A stretch of DNA of 64,000 bases from the NCBI GenBank assembly GCA_965203805.1, contig OZ241917.1, positions 384,001 to 448,000 of the forward strand. Reading direction: 5' to 3'. Each line of letters starts with the position of its first letter. Within the stretch, counting starts at the first letter, position 1. The position numbers were made by a program, and so were the translations under genes. This stretch comes from Candidatus Latescibacterota bacterium (GTDB lineage: Bacteria; Latescibacterota; UBA2968; GCA-2709665). Below the pieces are notes generated by a model. The model did not search any database, was not told where the DNA came from, and was given only the letters and a program-made list of their open reading frames with translations. This document shows, in pieces, positions 41,376 to 50,976 of the stretch.

Positions 41376-42698
41376 ATGCATTACGCAACAGATACCCCGC
41401 TGCCCCGTGTGCGAAACGTTGAAGTGGTTCCGATCGACCAGGATGGCAGCCGCGTGTTCTACGTGCGCGATCCGCTGGAGGTCGCGCCGCAGCCCCTGTT
41501 GGTCGGACCGGCAGGGGTCTTCATTTTATCGCAACTGGATGGCCGTCGCACCATCGATGAGATTCTCGAATCCGTGCGAAAGGCGCTGCCGGGCGGAGAG
41601 GTGGGGGTTGGTGAGGTGCGTCAGGTGCTTGGCAAATTGAGTGAGTGCTGCTTTCTGGACGATCATGTAGCTTCGGCGCGGATTGCACAGGTACGCGAGG
41701 CATTCGAGGATTCGGACGTGCGGCCGGCGTGGCACGCGGGCACTGCATACCCGTCCGATCCCGGGGAACTGGCGGGAATGCTCGACGGCTTCTTCGCCGC
41801 GGCGTCTTCCGAAAAGGCGCAGGACGGAATCGGGAACGGAGACGCCACCACGGGGCTTGCCGCCATCATGTGCCCGCACATCGACCTGCGTGCCGGCGGA
41901 AAGACCTACCCGCCGGCTTTCACGGCGCTGGCCGATGCCGCCGATGCGTCCCGGCCATTCGATCTCTTTGTCATTCTCGGCGTGGCCCACAACGGGGGCA
42001 CGGAACCGGGAAAGAGCTTCGCCATCGCGACCGGCAAACACTATGAGACGCCGTTCGGACGGGTGGCTTCGAACGGCCGGATCATCGACGATTGGTCGCG
42101 TCGTGCCGGGCGCGACGTCACGCAGCAGCAGTGGATGCATCGCACCGAACACTCGGTGGAGTTTGCACTGCTGTTTCTCCAGTATATCCAGGCGCGGGCG
42201 AACCTGCCGCCGTACGAAATCGTACCCGTTCTGCTTGGCAGCGTCGATCACTATCTTCACGAAGGACAGGATCCCCTGCGGGGCCCGGAAGTCGCTACCG
42301 AACTCGACGCGCTGAGGGCGGCGGTTTCTGCCGGCGGCAAGCGCGCCCTCTACGTACTCAGCGTGGACCTGGCGCATATCGGACCCAAATTCGGCCACCC
42401 CGACCGAGTCGATGATGCGGCGGCCGCCGCCTGCGAGTCCGCCGACCGTGACCTGCTCGGAACCGCGCAACGGTTCGATGCGGCCGGACTCCGTCGCTCG
42501 TTGCAGACCGACGGAAACGGCCGTAACGTGGACGCCGCTGCCGGTCTGTTTGCGCTCCCGGCGCTTCTGTCCGGCGCCGAATGCCGCGGCGACCTGCTCA
42601 GCTACGGGCAGAATCGGCAGGAGGAGTCCGGTTCCCTGGTCAGCTATGCCAGCATGGCCTTCTACCGGGCGCCGACAACATCCGCGGACCGCGCCTGA
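41376..42698 (+). CDS. AmmeMemoRadiSam protein B (MEMO1 family) with N-terminal winged-helix extension
   Basis: HAG.AYP, PHID, GVAH, TP.G, EHS.E, S.DLAH.GPKFG, VSYAS. Confidence 0.88.
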   Translation: MHYATDTPLPRVRNVEVVPIDQDGSRVFYVRDPLEVAPQPLLVGPAGVFILSQLDGRRTIDEILESVRKALPGGEVGVGEVRQVLGKLSECCFLDDHVASARIAQVREAFEDSDVRPAWHAGTAYPSDPGELAGMLDGFFAAASSEKAQDGIGNGDATTGLAAIMCPHIDLRAGGKTYPPAFTALADAADASRPFDLFVILGVAHNGGTEPGKSFAIATGKHYETPFGRVASNGRIIDDWSRRAGRDVTQQQWMHRTEHSVEFALLFLQYIQARANLPPYEIVPVLLGSVDHYLHEGQDPLRGPEVATELDALRAAVSAGGKRALYVLSVDLAHIGPKFGHPDRVDDAAAAACESADRDLLGTAQRFDAAGLRRSLQTDGNGRNVDAAAGLFALPALLSGAECRGDLLSYGQNRQEESGSLVSYASMAFYRAPTTSADRA

Positions 42699-42803
42699 GC
42701 CATCGGGCACTCCCGGCCCTCATTTCTTGTTTCTCGCATCGTTCATTCTCGCGCGTTATATTGCGAATGCCGCGTGATATACTATCGTCCAGGAGGCCGA
42801 AAT

Positions 42804-43649
42804 ATGTCCCGGAAGTGGCTGCGCGTCGCCGCGGTCCAGATGCACGCCGGCGAAGACATCGAGAAAAACGCGGACGGCATCGTCGACCGGCTGGCTGCCT
42901 GCGCCCGTGAAAACGTGGAGGTCGCCGCATTCCACGAAGGCGTCCTGTTCGGCTATTGCGACCGACCGGATTTCTGGACGCAGCGCAATCAGACCCGCAT
43001 CGAAATCGCCGAACGGCGGATCGTCCAGGCCTGCCGCAAAGGAACCATCGGGGCGGTCGTCGGCTCAACCCATCTCGAAGGCGGAAAACGCTTCAACAGC
43101 CTGCTCGTCGTCGACCGGGACGGCAAGGTCAAGGGACGCTACGGCAAGATCCACCTTGCGGGCGAGCGCTGGTTTGAGCCCTCCCAGCACCTCCCCGTTT
43201 ACAGGTTGTGCGGCGTTCCGTGCTGTTTCCTGATCTGTCACGATATTCGCTATCCCGAACTCGTGCGGCTGCCCGCTGCGGCCGGCGCCGAGGTCTGCTT
43301 CTTCTGCAGCTGTGAGAGTTCCGTCACTTTGGAGCATAAGTTGTCCGCGTACCGGGCCATGCCGATCAGCCGCGCGACCGAGAACGGCATCTACGTCGTG
43401 ATGGCCAATGCGCCGGCCGATCCGTCGGATATCGACCGCGCGGGTTCTTCGCATGGCGAGTCGAAGATTATCCATCCGGACGGCAACGTCATGGCGGAAG
43501 CCGGGATGTTTAGCGATGAGATCGTCATCCGAAGGCTGGATCTGCGCCAGGCGTCGCGAAATATCGCCATGCGCGCCGTACACGATGTCACCTGCATCAG
43601 TGGTTGGATGAAGGACGGCGTGAGGCTTGTTGAGGGAGGAAACGCATGA
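42804..43649 (+). CDS. Carbon-nitrogen hydrolase (nitrilase family)
   Basis: E-K-C triad: FHEG, YGKIHL, ICHDIRYPE. Confidence 0.9.
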   Translation: MSRKWLRVAAVQMHAGEDIEKNADGIVDRLAACARENVEVAAFHEGVLFGYCDRPDFWTQRNQTRIEIAERRIVQACRKGTIGAVVGSTHLEGGKRFNSLLVVDRDGKVKGRYGKIHLAGERWFEPSQHLPVYRLCGVPCCFLICHDIRYPELVRLPAAAGAEVCFFCSCESSVTLEHKLSAYRAMPISRATENGIYVVMANAPADPSDIDRAGSSHGESKIIHPDGNVMAEAGMFSDEIVIRRLDLRQASRNIAMRAVHDVTCISGWMKDGVRLVEGGNA

Positions 43650-43680
43650 TGAAGCGCTTCAATTTGCCGGCGGGGCGTGT

Positions 43681-45138
43681 ATGAAAGATACCCGACCGAA
43701 CATCCTGTGGATCTGTACGGACCAACAGCGGTACGATACCGTACGCGCACTGGGGAACCCCCACGTCGACACGCCCAATATGGACCGGCTTGTCGCGGAC
43801 GGATTCGCCTTTACGCACGCGTACTGCCAGAGCCCGATCTGCACGCCCAGCCGCGCGAGTTTCCTGACCGGCCAATATGCGAGCGCCGTCCACGTGAACG
43901 GAAACGGCAACTCGCACTTTCCGGACGCGCCGCCGCCGGTCACGAAATTGCTCGCGGACAGCGGCTACGACTGCGGTCTGATTGGTAAATTGCACCTGTC
44001 CAGCGCGTTCGGGCGCGTGGAAAAGCGCGTCGATGACGGGTACCGGTACTGGCAATACAGCCACGCGCCGCGGGACGACTGGGAGACCGGGCACGACTAC
44101 GCCGACTGGGTACGGTCGAAGGGAGAGGTGCTGGGTGAGTTGACGAAAAGCCTCGACGGTGTGCCCGCGGCATTGCACCAGACGACCTGGTGTGCGGAGA
44201 AAACCATCGACTTCCTGAGCGAAGCGCGTGACGGTCCCTGGTTGGCCTCCGTCAATATCTACGACCCGCATCCCCCGTTCAATCCGCCGAAGGCGTACCG
44301 CGATCTGTTCGATCCGGAACAGGTGAACGGTCCCCTGTTCAGAGAGAGCGATCTGGCGCAGCAGAAAAAGCTGGAAGCCGTCGATTTTCAGTCCAGAGGA
44401 CGGCATCCGAGTGAGCTGGACATCAAGAGCCCGGTGATCCCCTGGACGCAGACCCGCGGACTGGTCGAGCCGGAGACAACCGGAAAAAGGGACGCCAAAA
44501 CGCTGATCGCCGCGTACTACGCGATGATCAAGCTGATCGACGATCAACTCGGGCGAATTATCGCCGCGCTGGAAGACACCGGCCAGCGCGAGAACACACT
44601 GGTCATCTTAACCAGCGATCACGGGGAGATGCTGGGTGACCACGGGCTGATTCAGAAGGGATGCCGGTTCTACGAAGGGCTGGTGCGGGTGCCGCTGATT
44701 TTCTCGTGGCCGAATCAGGTGAAATCGGGGCAGAGGAGCAACGCGCTCGTCGAATTGCGCGACATCGCTCCACTCCTGTTGGAGACAGCGGGGTTGCCGG
44801 TGCCCGAGCGGATGCAGGCGCGTTCCCTGTTACCCTTGCTGGGCGGCGAAAAATCACCCGGCGAACACCGCGAATTCGTACGGTGCGAGTTTTACGACGC
44901 GCTGGACCAGGCCGACGGGACTTTCGCCACGATGTACCGCGACCGCCGGTACAAACTGGTGGTCTACCACGGGCACGGCCTGGGCGAACTGTATGACCTC
45001 GAGGAGGACCCCGGAGAGTTTGACAATCTGTGGGACAACCCCGATCACGCCGCCGTGAAACTCGACCTGATGCAACGCAGCTTCGACGCCTCAATGCTCG
45101 CCATGGACAGAGGTCCCGAACGCATCGGGCCGATGTGA
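43681..45138 (+). CDS. Sulfatase
   Basis: DQQR, CTPSRASFLTG (CxPxR), GKLH, PHPP, SDHG. Confidence 0.95.
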   Translation: MKDTRPNILWICTDQQRYDTVRALGNPHVDTPNMDRLVADGFAFTHAYCQSPICTPSRASFLTGQYASAVHVNGNGNSHFPDAPPPVTKLLADSGYDCGLIGKLHLSSAFGRVEKRVDDGYRYWQYSHAPRDDWETGHDYADWVRSKGEVLGELTKSLDGVPAALHQTTWCAEKTIDFLSEARDGPWLASVNIYDPHPPFNPPKAYRDLFDPEQVNGPLFRESDLAQQKKLEAVDFQSRGRHPSELDIKSPVIPWTQTRGLVEPETTGKRDAKTLIAAYYAMIKLIDDQLGRIIAALEDTGQRENTLVILTSDHGEMLGDHGLIQKGCRFYEGLVRVPLIFSWPNQVKSGQRSNALVELRDIAPLLLETAGLPVPERMQARSLLPLLGGEKSPGEHREFVRCEFYDALDQADGTFATMYRDRRYKLVVYHGHGLGELYDLEEDPGEFDNLWDNPDHAAVKLDLMQRSFDASMLAMDRGPERIGPM

Positions 45139-45238
45139 GGGAGGGGATGGAGTTTCTCCAACTCTTGCCTTAACGCGCTGATCCTTGAGAGAATCCGACT
45201 GACGCAGCCTATCCTGGTGAAATGTAAGGGAAACCCAA

Positions 45239-46261
45239 ATGGAAATTGATCTGAACAAGATCGTAGACGAACTGAACTTCCTGTCTGCAGGTTATCGGGT
45301 TGGAAACCTTCAACAGCTTCGCCGGAAGATTCAATGCAAGTCGGGAAACTACCGCGGAATGCGCTTGCAAGTTCCGAAGAATAAACACGATTATGCATTT
45401 CATTGGGGCGGCCGCAAAGAGCTGCAGTTCAATTTGGGTATTGAGCATTCCCATATTCGATATGGGCTTGCGTTTTCGTTTGAATCCAGCCGCACCTATC
45501 CGCTTGCCGAACTACGCCGACTCCTTTTTCCAAAAGTGGGACGCTACAACCAATATATCGAGCGGAATGCAGATCGTTTCGCAAATATGAAAATGTGGGA
45601 TTGGGTCGATGATCAGCGGTCGAACGACTATCAACCCGGACCGATCAGGACAGACCTATATCACGGAAAAGTGTTCATATTCTTGGGGCGAAGCAGCACT
45701 CGAGACTCCTGGAATCCACATGAAGTGCTGAAAACCTTTGATGATCTCTTGCCGATCTACGAATACGTTGAAAGCGATGGATCGTCTTCTCTCAAGCCTC
45801 ACCGACACGGAGCAGCCGGATTCTCTTTTCAGCCCGGCTGTACAAACAAGCCGAGCCGAACTATCGCCAAACTGCATCCGGGCATCTCTAACATCCGTCT
45901 ACGCCACAACGATATGCAGTTCACGCTTCACGCCAAACTGGCATCGAAACACGGCAAGGGCAACGTGGGCACGGAAAATCCCAGTGGCAATGGTCTACCC
46001 ATCGACGTCGTCGTTGAACACGAAGACAACACCTATAGTTTCTACGAAATCAAGACCTCACACGATCCGCGCATTTGCATCCGCGAAGCCATGGGCCAAT
46101 TGCTAGAATACGCCTATTGGAACGGTTGTGGCCCAGGGATTCGCAACTTGGTAATCGTCGGACCAAATCCGATTGACTACGACGCCCAAAAGTACCTGCT
46201 GGAGCTAAGGGCAAAATTCAGCCTGCCGATAAAATACGTTCACCTGCGGATTCCAGGTTGA
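45239..46261 (+). CDS. Hypothetical protein with C-terminal PD-(D/E)XK-type nuclease motif
   Basis: IDVVV...FYEIKT...IREAMGQLLEY; first gene of the lower-GC region. Confidence 0.65.
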   Translation: MEIDLNKIVDELNFLSAGYRVGNLQQLRRKIQCKSGNYRGMRLQVPKNKHDYAFHWGGRKELQFNLGIEHSHIRYGLAFSFESSRTYPLAELRRLLFPKVGRYNQYIERNADRFANMKMWDWVDDQRSNDYQPGPIRTDLYHGKVFIFLGRSSTRDSWNPHEVLKTFDDLLPIYEYVESDGSSSLKPHRHGAAGFSFQPGCTNKPSRTIAKLHPGISNIRLRHNDMQFTLHAKLASKHGKGNVGTENPSGNGLPIDVVVEHEDNTYSFYEIKTSHDPRICIREAMGQLLEYAYWNGCGPGIRNLVIVGPNPIDYDAQKYLLELRAKFSLPIKYVHLRIPG

Positions 46262-46301
46262 CTTAATCATCCTGTGCCCGCTTTTCACTTGGAGGGGTTA
46301 G

Positions 46302-49112
46302 ATGGATGGAGGCGCACACTTTTATCGTTGTGATCTTCAGGTACATTCCCCCCGAGATACAAATTGGACTGGCCGTGAACGCGTAACAGAGCCGGATCGA
46401 TATGCCTACGCGACTAATCTTGTACATGCTTGCCGCGAACGTGGGCTACAAGCAATTGCTATAACAGATCATCATGACATGTTGTTTCTCAGATTCGTTC
46501 GCTCAGCCGCTGCCGAAGAGAAAGACCAGGAGGGCAACGAGTTGTTGCCAGAGAAACGCTTGGTGGTATTTCCTGGAATGGAGTTGACTCTGGGAGTTCC
46601 TTGCCAGGCATTGGTTATATTTGACGCCAAATTTCCAGACGATTTATTCTCGTTGGCCATGAACGCTCTAGCCATTACACCAAGTGCCGAAAATGACGCG
46701 AAGATAGCCGACGTGCAACGACTAAATGGTATACAGTCGCTAGGTGATTTAAAACAGAAACTCGACGAGCACGATTTCATTCGCGGTCGCTACATCGTAT
46801 TTCCGAATGTCGGTAAGGACGGTCAGTTCTCCCTGATTCGGAAAGGGCTTGCAGGAAAGTACGTCGAAATGCCGTGTGTTGGTGGATACGTAGACGGAAA
46901 AATCGCCGACTTAGGGAAGGGTACGCGAAACATCATTGACGGAAAGGCTAGGGAGTGGGGACATAAGCGGATTGCGTGTTTTCAAACTTCAGACAGTCGT
47001 AGTGAAGATCACACGACGCTCGGAGAATCTAGCACGTGGATCAAGTGGGCCGTCCCCACCGCTGAGGCGCTACGCCAAGCGTGTCTAGGCCAGGAGTCTA
47101 GGATTTCCCAAGAATTGCCCCCAATGCCAGCAGTTGTGATAAAGAGTATCTCGGCGAGTAACAGTTCATTCCTTGGTCCGTTTGACCTAGAACTGAATCC
47201 GCAGTACAACTGTCTAATTGGCGGTCGAGGGACTGGGAAGTCCACGATCCTTGAATACTTACGCTGGGGGTTGTGCGATCAACCGCCATCAGATTTAGAG
47301 GAGAGCGATACGCCGAATTATGAGGCACGGAGGCGGCGTCTAATCGAACACACGCTAAAACCTATGGACGCAACGGTGGATGTGCAGTTTGAGGTTAATG
47401 GCGTACAGCACATCGTCCGACGAACGAGTGAAAACGGTCACCTTCTGATCAAGATCGGCACTGAAGAAATGAAACCTTGCACTGAAGAGGAAGTTCGCAG
47501 GCTACTACCCATACAGGCCTATAGTCAAAAGCAACTGAGTGACGTAAGTGTCAGGGTCGATGAGTTGTCACGTTTTGTCAGAGCCCCGATTCGCGCAGAA
47601 CTTGATAAGATTGAACAGCGTCTAGAGGAGGGCGCCGACAGGGTAAAGGAAATCTACGCGTTGGTGCGACGATATCGTGCGCTTTCCCGAACGATCCAGG
47701 AACGTCAAATTGCTGAAAGTTCGTTGTCGGAGCAAGCAGATGCGCTACGAGCGGGACTATCAGGCCTGTCGGAAGAGGATCGTGCGCTGCTCGATATGGG
47801 TGGTTCATATTCGAATGCGGAACACACCGTCGAGTCTTGGAAGAGTGGTGTTATCCAGTTGGCCGAAGGTGCCGACGCGTTGCGATCGAGGTTAGATGTC
47901 CATTTGGTTGAGCATGAAGCGGTGCCAGCAAGTCCGGAAGGCGACATTCTGAGGGACGCCCACGGGGAATATAGAACGCTGCTCACTGATGCAAAGTTAG
48001 CTCTTGATGGCATCGTCGAGAAGGCACGATCAATTATCGATGCTCCACAATCGGACGGTGAAGGTCCTTGGCGGAAATGGGTTGAGAAATTGGCCGCTTT
48101 TCGTGAGGCATACCAATTGGCTGTTAGTCGATCGACGACTCATCGTGACAAAATGGAGCAACTGACAGAGATCGAGGAACGACTGCGGGCGCATCAACAA
48201 GAGACGTTGCGCTTAGAAAAAGAAAAAAAGGCGATTGCGAGGGTGGAGGAGGACTATAATAACGCGCGCGATGAATGGAAGGAGCTGATTGGCAAGCGCG
48301 ATGATTTACTTGATGTGCAATGTTCGAATCTAACAACGAACTCTGGAGGCACCATTCGTGCCCACGTTAGCCGTTACGCCGATCCCGAGGATTTCGTAAC
48401 GCGACTAAAGCAGGCAGTCAGTGGATCGCGTGTACAAGGTAGCAAAATCGAGCAACTCGGAGCGGCTATCTCAGAAGTAGAATCAGCAAGTGACGCACCC
48501 AAAATCCACCAGGCGATCTTGGCGGACCTTGAGAAACTGGCGGAATTCGATGCAGAGCGAGAGGGAATTGAGAATCGGCCAGATGCCTCAGCTCTGACAC
48601 GTATCGGATTGACTAAATCAAACTTGGACGGGATCTGTAGAGGTCTTGGGCTAGACGATTGGTTGACTCTGTCACTTACGCCAATCACTAGTGAGCCAGT
48701 TTTCGAATATCGGGCGCGCGAGAAGGATTACATTCCGTTCCGAAACGCTTCGGCTGGTCAGCAGGCTACGGCACTACTCACAACGCTACTTAATCAGTCA
48801 GGTCCTCCATTGATTATTGATCAGCCGGAGGAGGATCTGGACAACCCAATTATCCTGGAGATCGTTGAACACGTTTGGGTTGCAAAAAAGAAACGTCAGC
48901 TAATTTTCGCGAGCCACAATGCTAATTTAGTGGTGAATGGTGACGCCGAGCTTGTTGCTTGGTGTGGCCACAGAACGTCTGGCGACCAGTCACGGGGGAC
49001 GGTTGCTGGCGAGGGTGCGATCGATGTAGACGACACCAGAAATGCTATCAAGGAAATAATGGAAGGGGGGGAGGCAGCATTTAACCTCAGAAGGGCCAAA
49101 TATGGGTTCTGA
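46302..49112 (+). CDS. PHP domain + coiled-coil ABC ATPase (TrlF/Ppl-like)
   Basis: DLQVHS, TDHH, GMEL; Walker A GGRGTGKS, SAGQQ, IIDQPEEDLDN, SHN. Confidence 0.85.
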   Translation: MDGGAHFYRCDLQVHSPRDTNWTGRERVTEPDRYAYATNLVHACRERGLQAIAITDHHDMLFLRFVRSAAAEEKDQEGNELLPEKRLVVFPGMELTLGVPCQALVIFDAKFPDDLFSLAMNALAITPSAENDAKIADVQRLNGIQSLGDLKQKLDEHDFIRGRYIVFPNVGKDGQFSLIRKGLAGKYVEMPCVGGYVDGKIADLGKGTRNIIDGKAREWGHKRIACFQTSDSRSEDHTTLGESSTWIKWAVPTAEALRQACLGQESRISQELPPMPAVVIKSISASNSSFLGPFDLELNPQYNCLIGGRGTGKSTILEYLRWGLCDQPPSDLEESDTPNYEARRRRLIEHTLKPMDATVDVQFEVNGVQHIVRRTSENGHLLIKIGTEEMKPCTEEEVRRLLPIQAYSQKQLSDVSVRVDELSRFVRAPIRAELDKIEQRLEEGADRVKEIYALVRRYRALSRTIQERQIAESSLSEQADALRAGLSGLSEEDRALLDMGGSYSNAEHTVESWKSGVIQLAEGADALRSRLDVHLVEHEAVPASPEGDILRDAHGEYRTLLTDAKLALDGIVEKARSIIDAPQSDGEGPWRKWVEKLAAFREAYQLAVSRSTTHRDKMEQLTEIEERLRAHQQETLRLEKEKKAIARVEEDYNNARDEWKELIGKRDDLLDVQCSNLTTNSGGTIRAHVSRYADPEDFVTRLKQAVSGSRVQGSKIEQLGAAISEVESASDAPKIHQAILADLEKLAEFDAEREGIENRPDASALTRIGLTKSNLDGICRGLGLDDWLTLSLTPITSEPVFEYRAREKDYIPFRNASAGQQATALLTTLLNQSGPPLIIDQPEEDLDNPIILEIVEHVWVAKKKRQLIFASHNANLVVNGDAELVAWCGHRTSGDQSRGTVAGEGAIDVDDTRNAIKEIMEGGEAAFNLRRAKYGF

Positions 49113-49499
49113 GTTCGCACCTATGACCCAGCGCGCCCGTGAGTCACTTAGCCTGACTAATTCATGAAACTGAACGGAACAGTGTTTTTGGAAGCAAAAA
49201 GTGATCTATAGAAGGGGAAATAGTCAAATGACGTGTTGGTGACGGGATAATGCGTAATTTTGGGTGGTCTGTCAGCATCGAGGGGTGTCGAGTTCTTTGA
49301 TTTGTGGATGGAAAGGACAGACGGATGCCTTGGTCTTACTTTTGGCGATGAGAAAGGGACGGCGGGGCCTGCGTGAAGCGTCTGCGTTATGGAACTGCCT
49401 TTGCCAAATTGCATAGGATGGTGCCATAGAGGTGTTTCAAGGGAAATGAGGTTGGCAAATGGAGTTTGATTTTGGTTTTGAGTTCGGACACTCTCCCGG

Positions 49500-49520
49500 C
49501 CTGTCTGCCGGACAGGCAGG
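49500..49520. repeat. 21-bp palindromic insert, in frame
   Basis: CCTGTCTGCCGGACAGGCAGG; removal gives LKVAGRV. Confidence 0.85.
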
Positions 49521-49726
49521 CGACTTTGAGGATGCGATTCTGAATGGTATTAAACTGCGCGTGCGTCCATTGGGTGGTCCGGAGTCCTTTTTCGGTAAGG
49601 GTGTGCATCAGGACATAAGCGGCACTATGCAGTAAGAGACGGAAGTGATTGGCTTCGAAGGTGTGGCAGGAGGTACGATCGGAATGGAGGAAGGTTTTGT
49701 GATTCTTGATGAAGTTTTCCATCCTG

Positions 49727-49747
49727 CCTGCCTGGCCGGCAGACAGG
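49727..49747. repeat. 21-bp palindromic insert, in frame
   Basis: CCTGCCTGGCCGGCAGACAGG; removal gives YCARGRMENFIK. Confidence 0.88.
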
Positions 49748-50583
49748 CCGCGCGCACAATAGACGGTTTTGTAGAGGAATGAGGGCTGGCTACTCTTCAG
49801 GTTGGTGACGACAAAGCGTGTATTGGCTTGTCCGGAAGCGGTGATTTCAGCTTTGTAGATGATGCGTCTTGGCAGGGCCCAGGAATCTGCCTGGTAAGCG
49901 AAACTGGTAAATCGCTGCACAGGCTGTCCGGTCTCCCGATACTGTGCCTTTGCCTGCTCGATCAGCGCGTGTCCCCGTTGTGCAAGCCTGGCATTGCCCG
50001 TCTGTCCCAGCACGAAATACACCTCTTGCACGTCGCAGAAGTCGTGGACCTCGGGACAGGAAAAATGGCCGTCGCCACGCAAAAAGAGTCGCACGTGCGG
50101 CCACGCCTCGCGAAGGCGTTTCACCAGTCGCTTGAGAACGGTGACAATCTGTTTGCCGGTAGGACGGGCGCCCGGACGCAAAAGCGTCGTGATCAGTCTT
50201 CCTGTCTGCCCTTCATAGATATGCAAGGGACAGTAACAGCGTTCACCATAATAGCCATTGAACATCGCCAACTGTTGACAGCCGTAAACCTCGTCGTCGG
50301 TGTCATCGATATCCAGAACGACCGCGTTGGGAGGCCGCTTGTAGGACGCGATAAACCCGTCCACAAGGGCCTCGGCAATACGATATAAGTCCCGGCGACG
50401 AATGCCGTTTTCCAAACGACTCATCGTGGGTTGGCTGGCCAACGGCGTCCCTGATATCGGCAACCGACCACAGGCCGCCTTGAACGCGGGGTCAAAGCGC
50501 AGCAAATCGCAATCGTTCGCATCTTCATACGCGCACGCGATCTGAAACACACGCTGGCTGATCAGATCCGACATCGTGTGATC

Positions 50584-50616
50584 CCTGCCTGCGCCAAGTG
50601 CAGCGCGGCAGGCAGG
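50584..50616. repeat. 33-bp palindromic insert, in frame
   Basis: CCTGCCTGCGCCAAGTGCAGCGCGGCAGGCAGG; removal gives RHPSYVDHT. Confidence 0.88.
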
Positions 50617-50716
50617 CACATAACTGGGATGCCGACGGTCCGGTAACGCCTCGACGATCCGAGACAGAATGCCGATCTTGGACTCTACCTCTCGAAGCAA
50701 CATCGACCCGATATCG

Positions 50717-50735
50717 CCTGCCTGCAGCAGGCAGG
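50717..50735. repeat. 19-bp palindromic insert, frameshifting
   Basis: CCTGCCTGCAGCAGGCAGG; removal fuses the two frames into FDGGVLTSDIG. Confidence 0.88.
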
Positions 50736-50976
50736 CTGGTGAGCACACCGCCGTCGAAGACGGCTTCCACCTGCTTGCCAGAAACACTTGCGAACGGAAC
50801 TGTGAGTTGACTATCTTGACCTTTCACGGTAGTTTCCTCCTGTTTCATTGCGTTATGGTTATTCGCCTAACCATAATATAATACAATGACTTGGGTAAGG
50901 AAACTACCTTTTTTGTGAATAATTGGGGTCAGACTGACGATACCTATCCATATTCAAAATAGCCGGAGAAAAAAAG

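Larger units (their letters stand above)
49387..50827 (-). pseudogene. IS1380 transposase, frameshifted by a 19-bp palindromic insert
   Basis: FDGG.LTS|D.G, YEDAND, SQPTMSRLEN, LDID.TDD, RGD..F, YCARG..EN.IK; N-terminus is in another frame (GTG at 50827). Confidence 0.88.
49152..50928 (-). mobile_element. IS1380-family insertion sequence
   Basis: Imperfect terminal inverted repeats CCTGACTAATTCATGAAA / CCCCAATTATTCACAAAA; flanks TTAG / TCAG; contains a DDE transposase. Confidence 0.8.

Noticed and set aside
118-45138. Numerous long overlapping or antisense ORFs in the track (e.g. 19594-21102, 23415-24938, 39003-40385)
   Set aside because: Shadow ORFs of GC-rich genes; Arg/Pro-rich with no motifs, overlapping well-supported CDSs
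50201-50210. Additional CCTGTCTG half-sites (also near 761, 14058 and 45280)
   Set aside because: They lack the partner arm and encode normal protein sequence, so they are not counted as inserts
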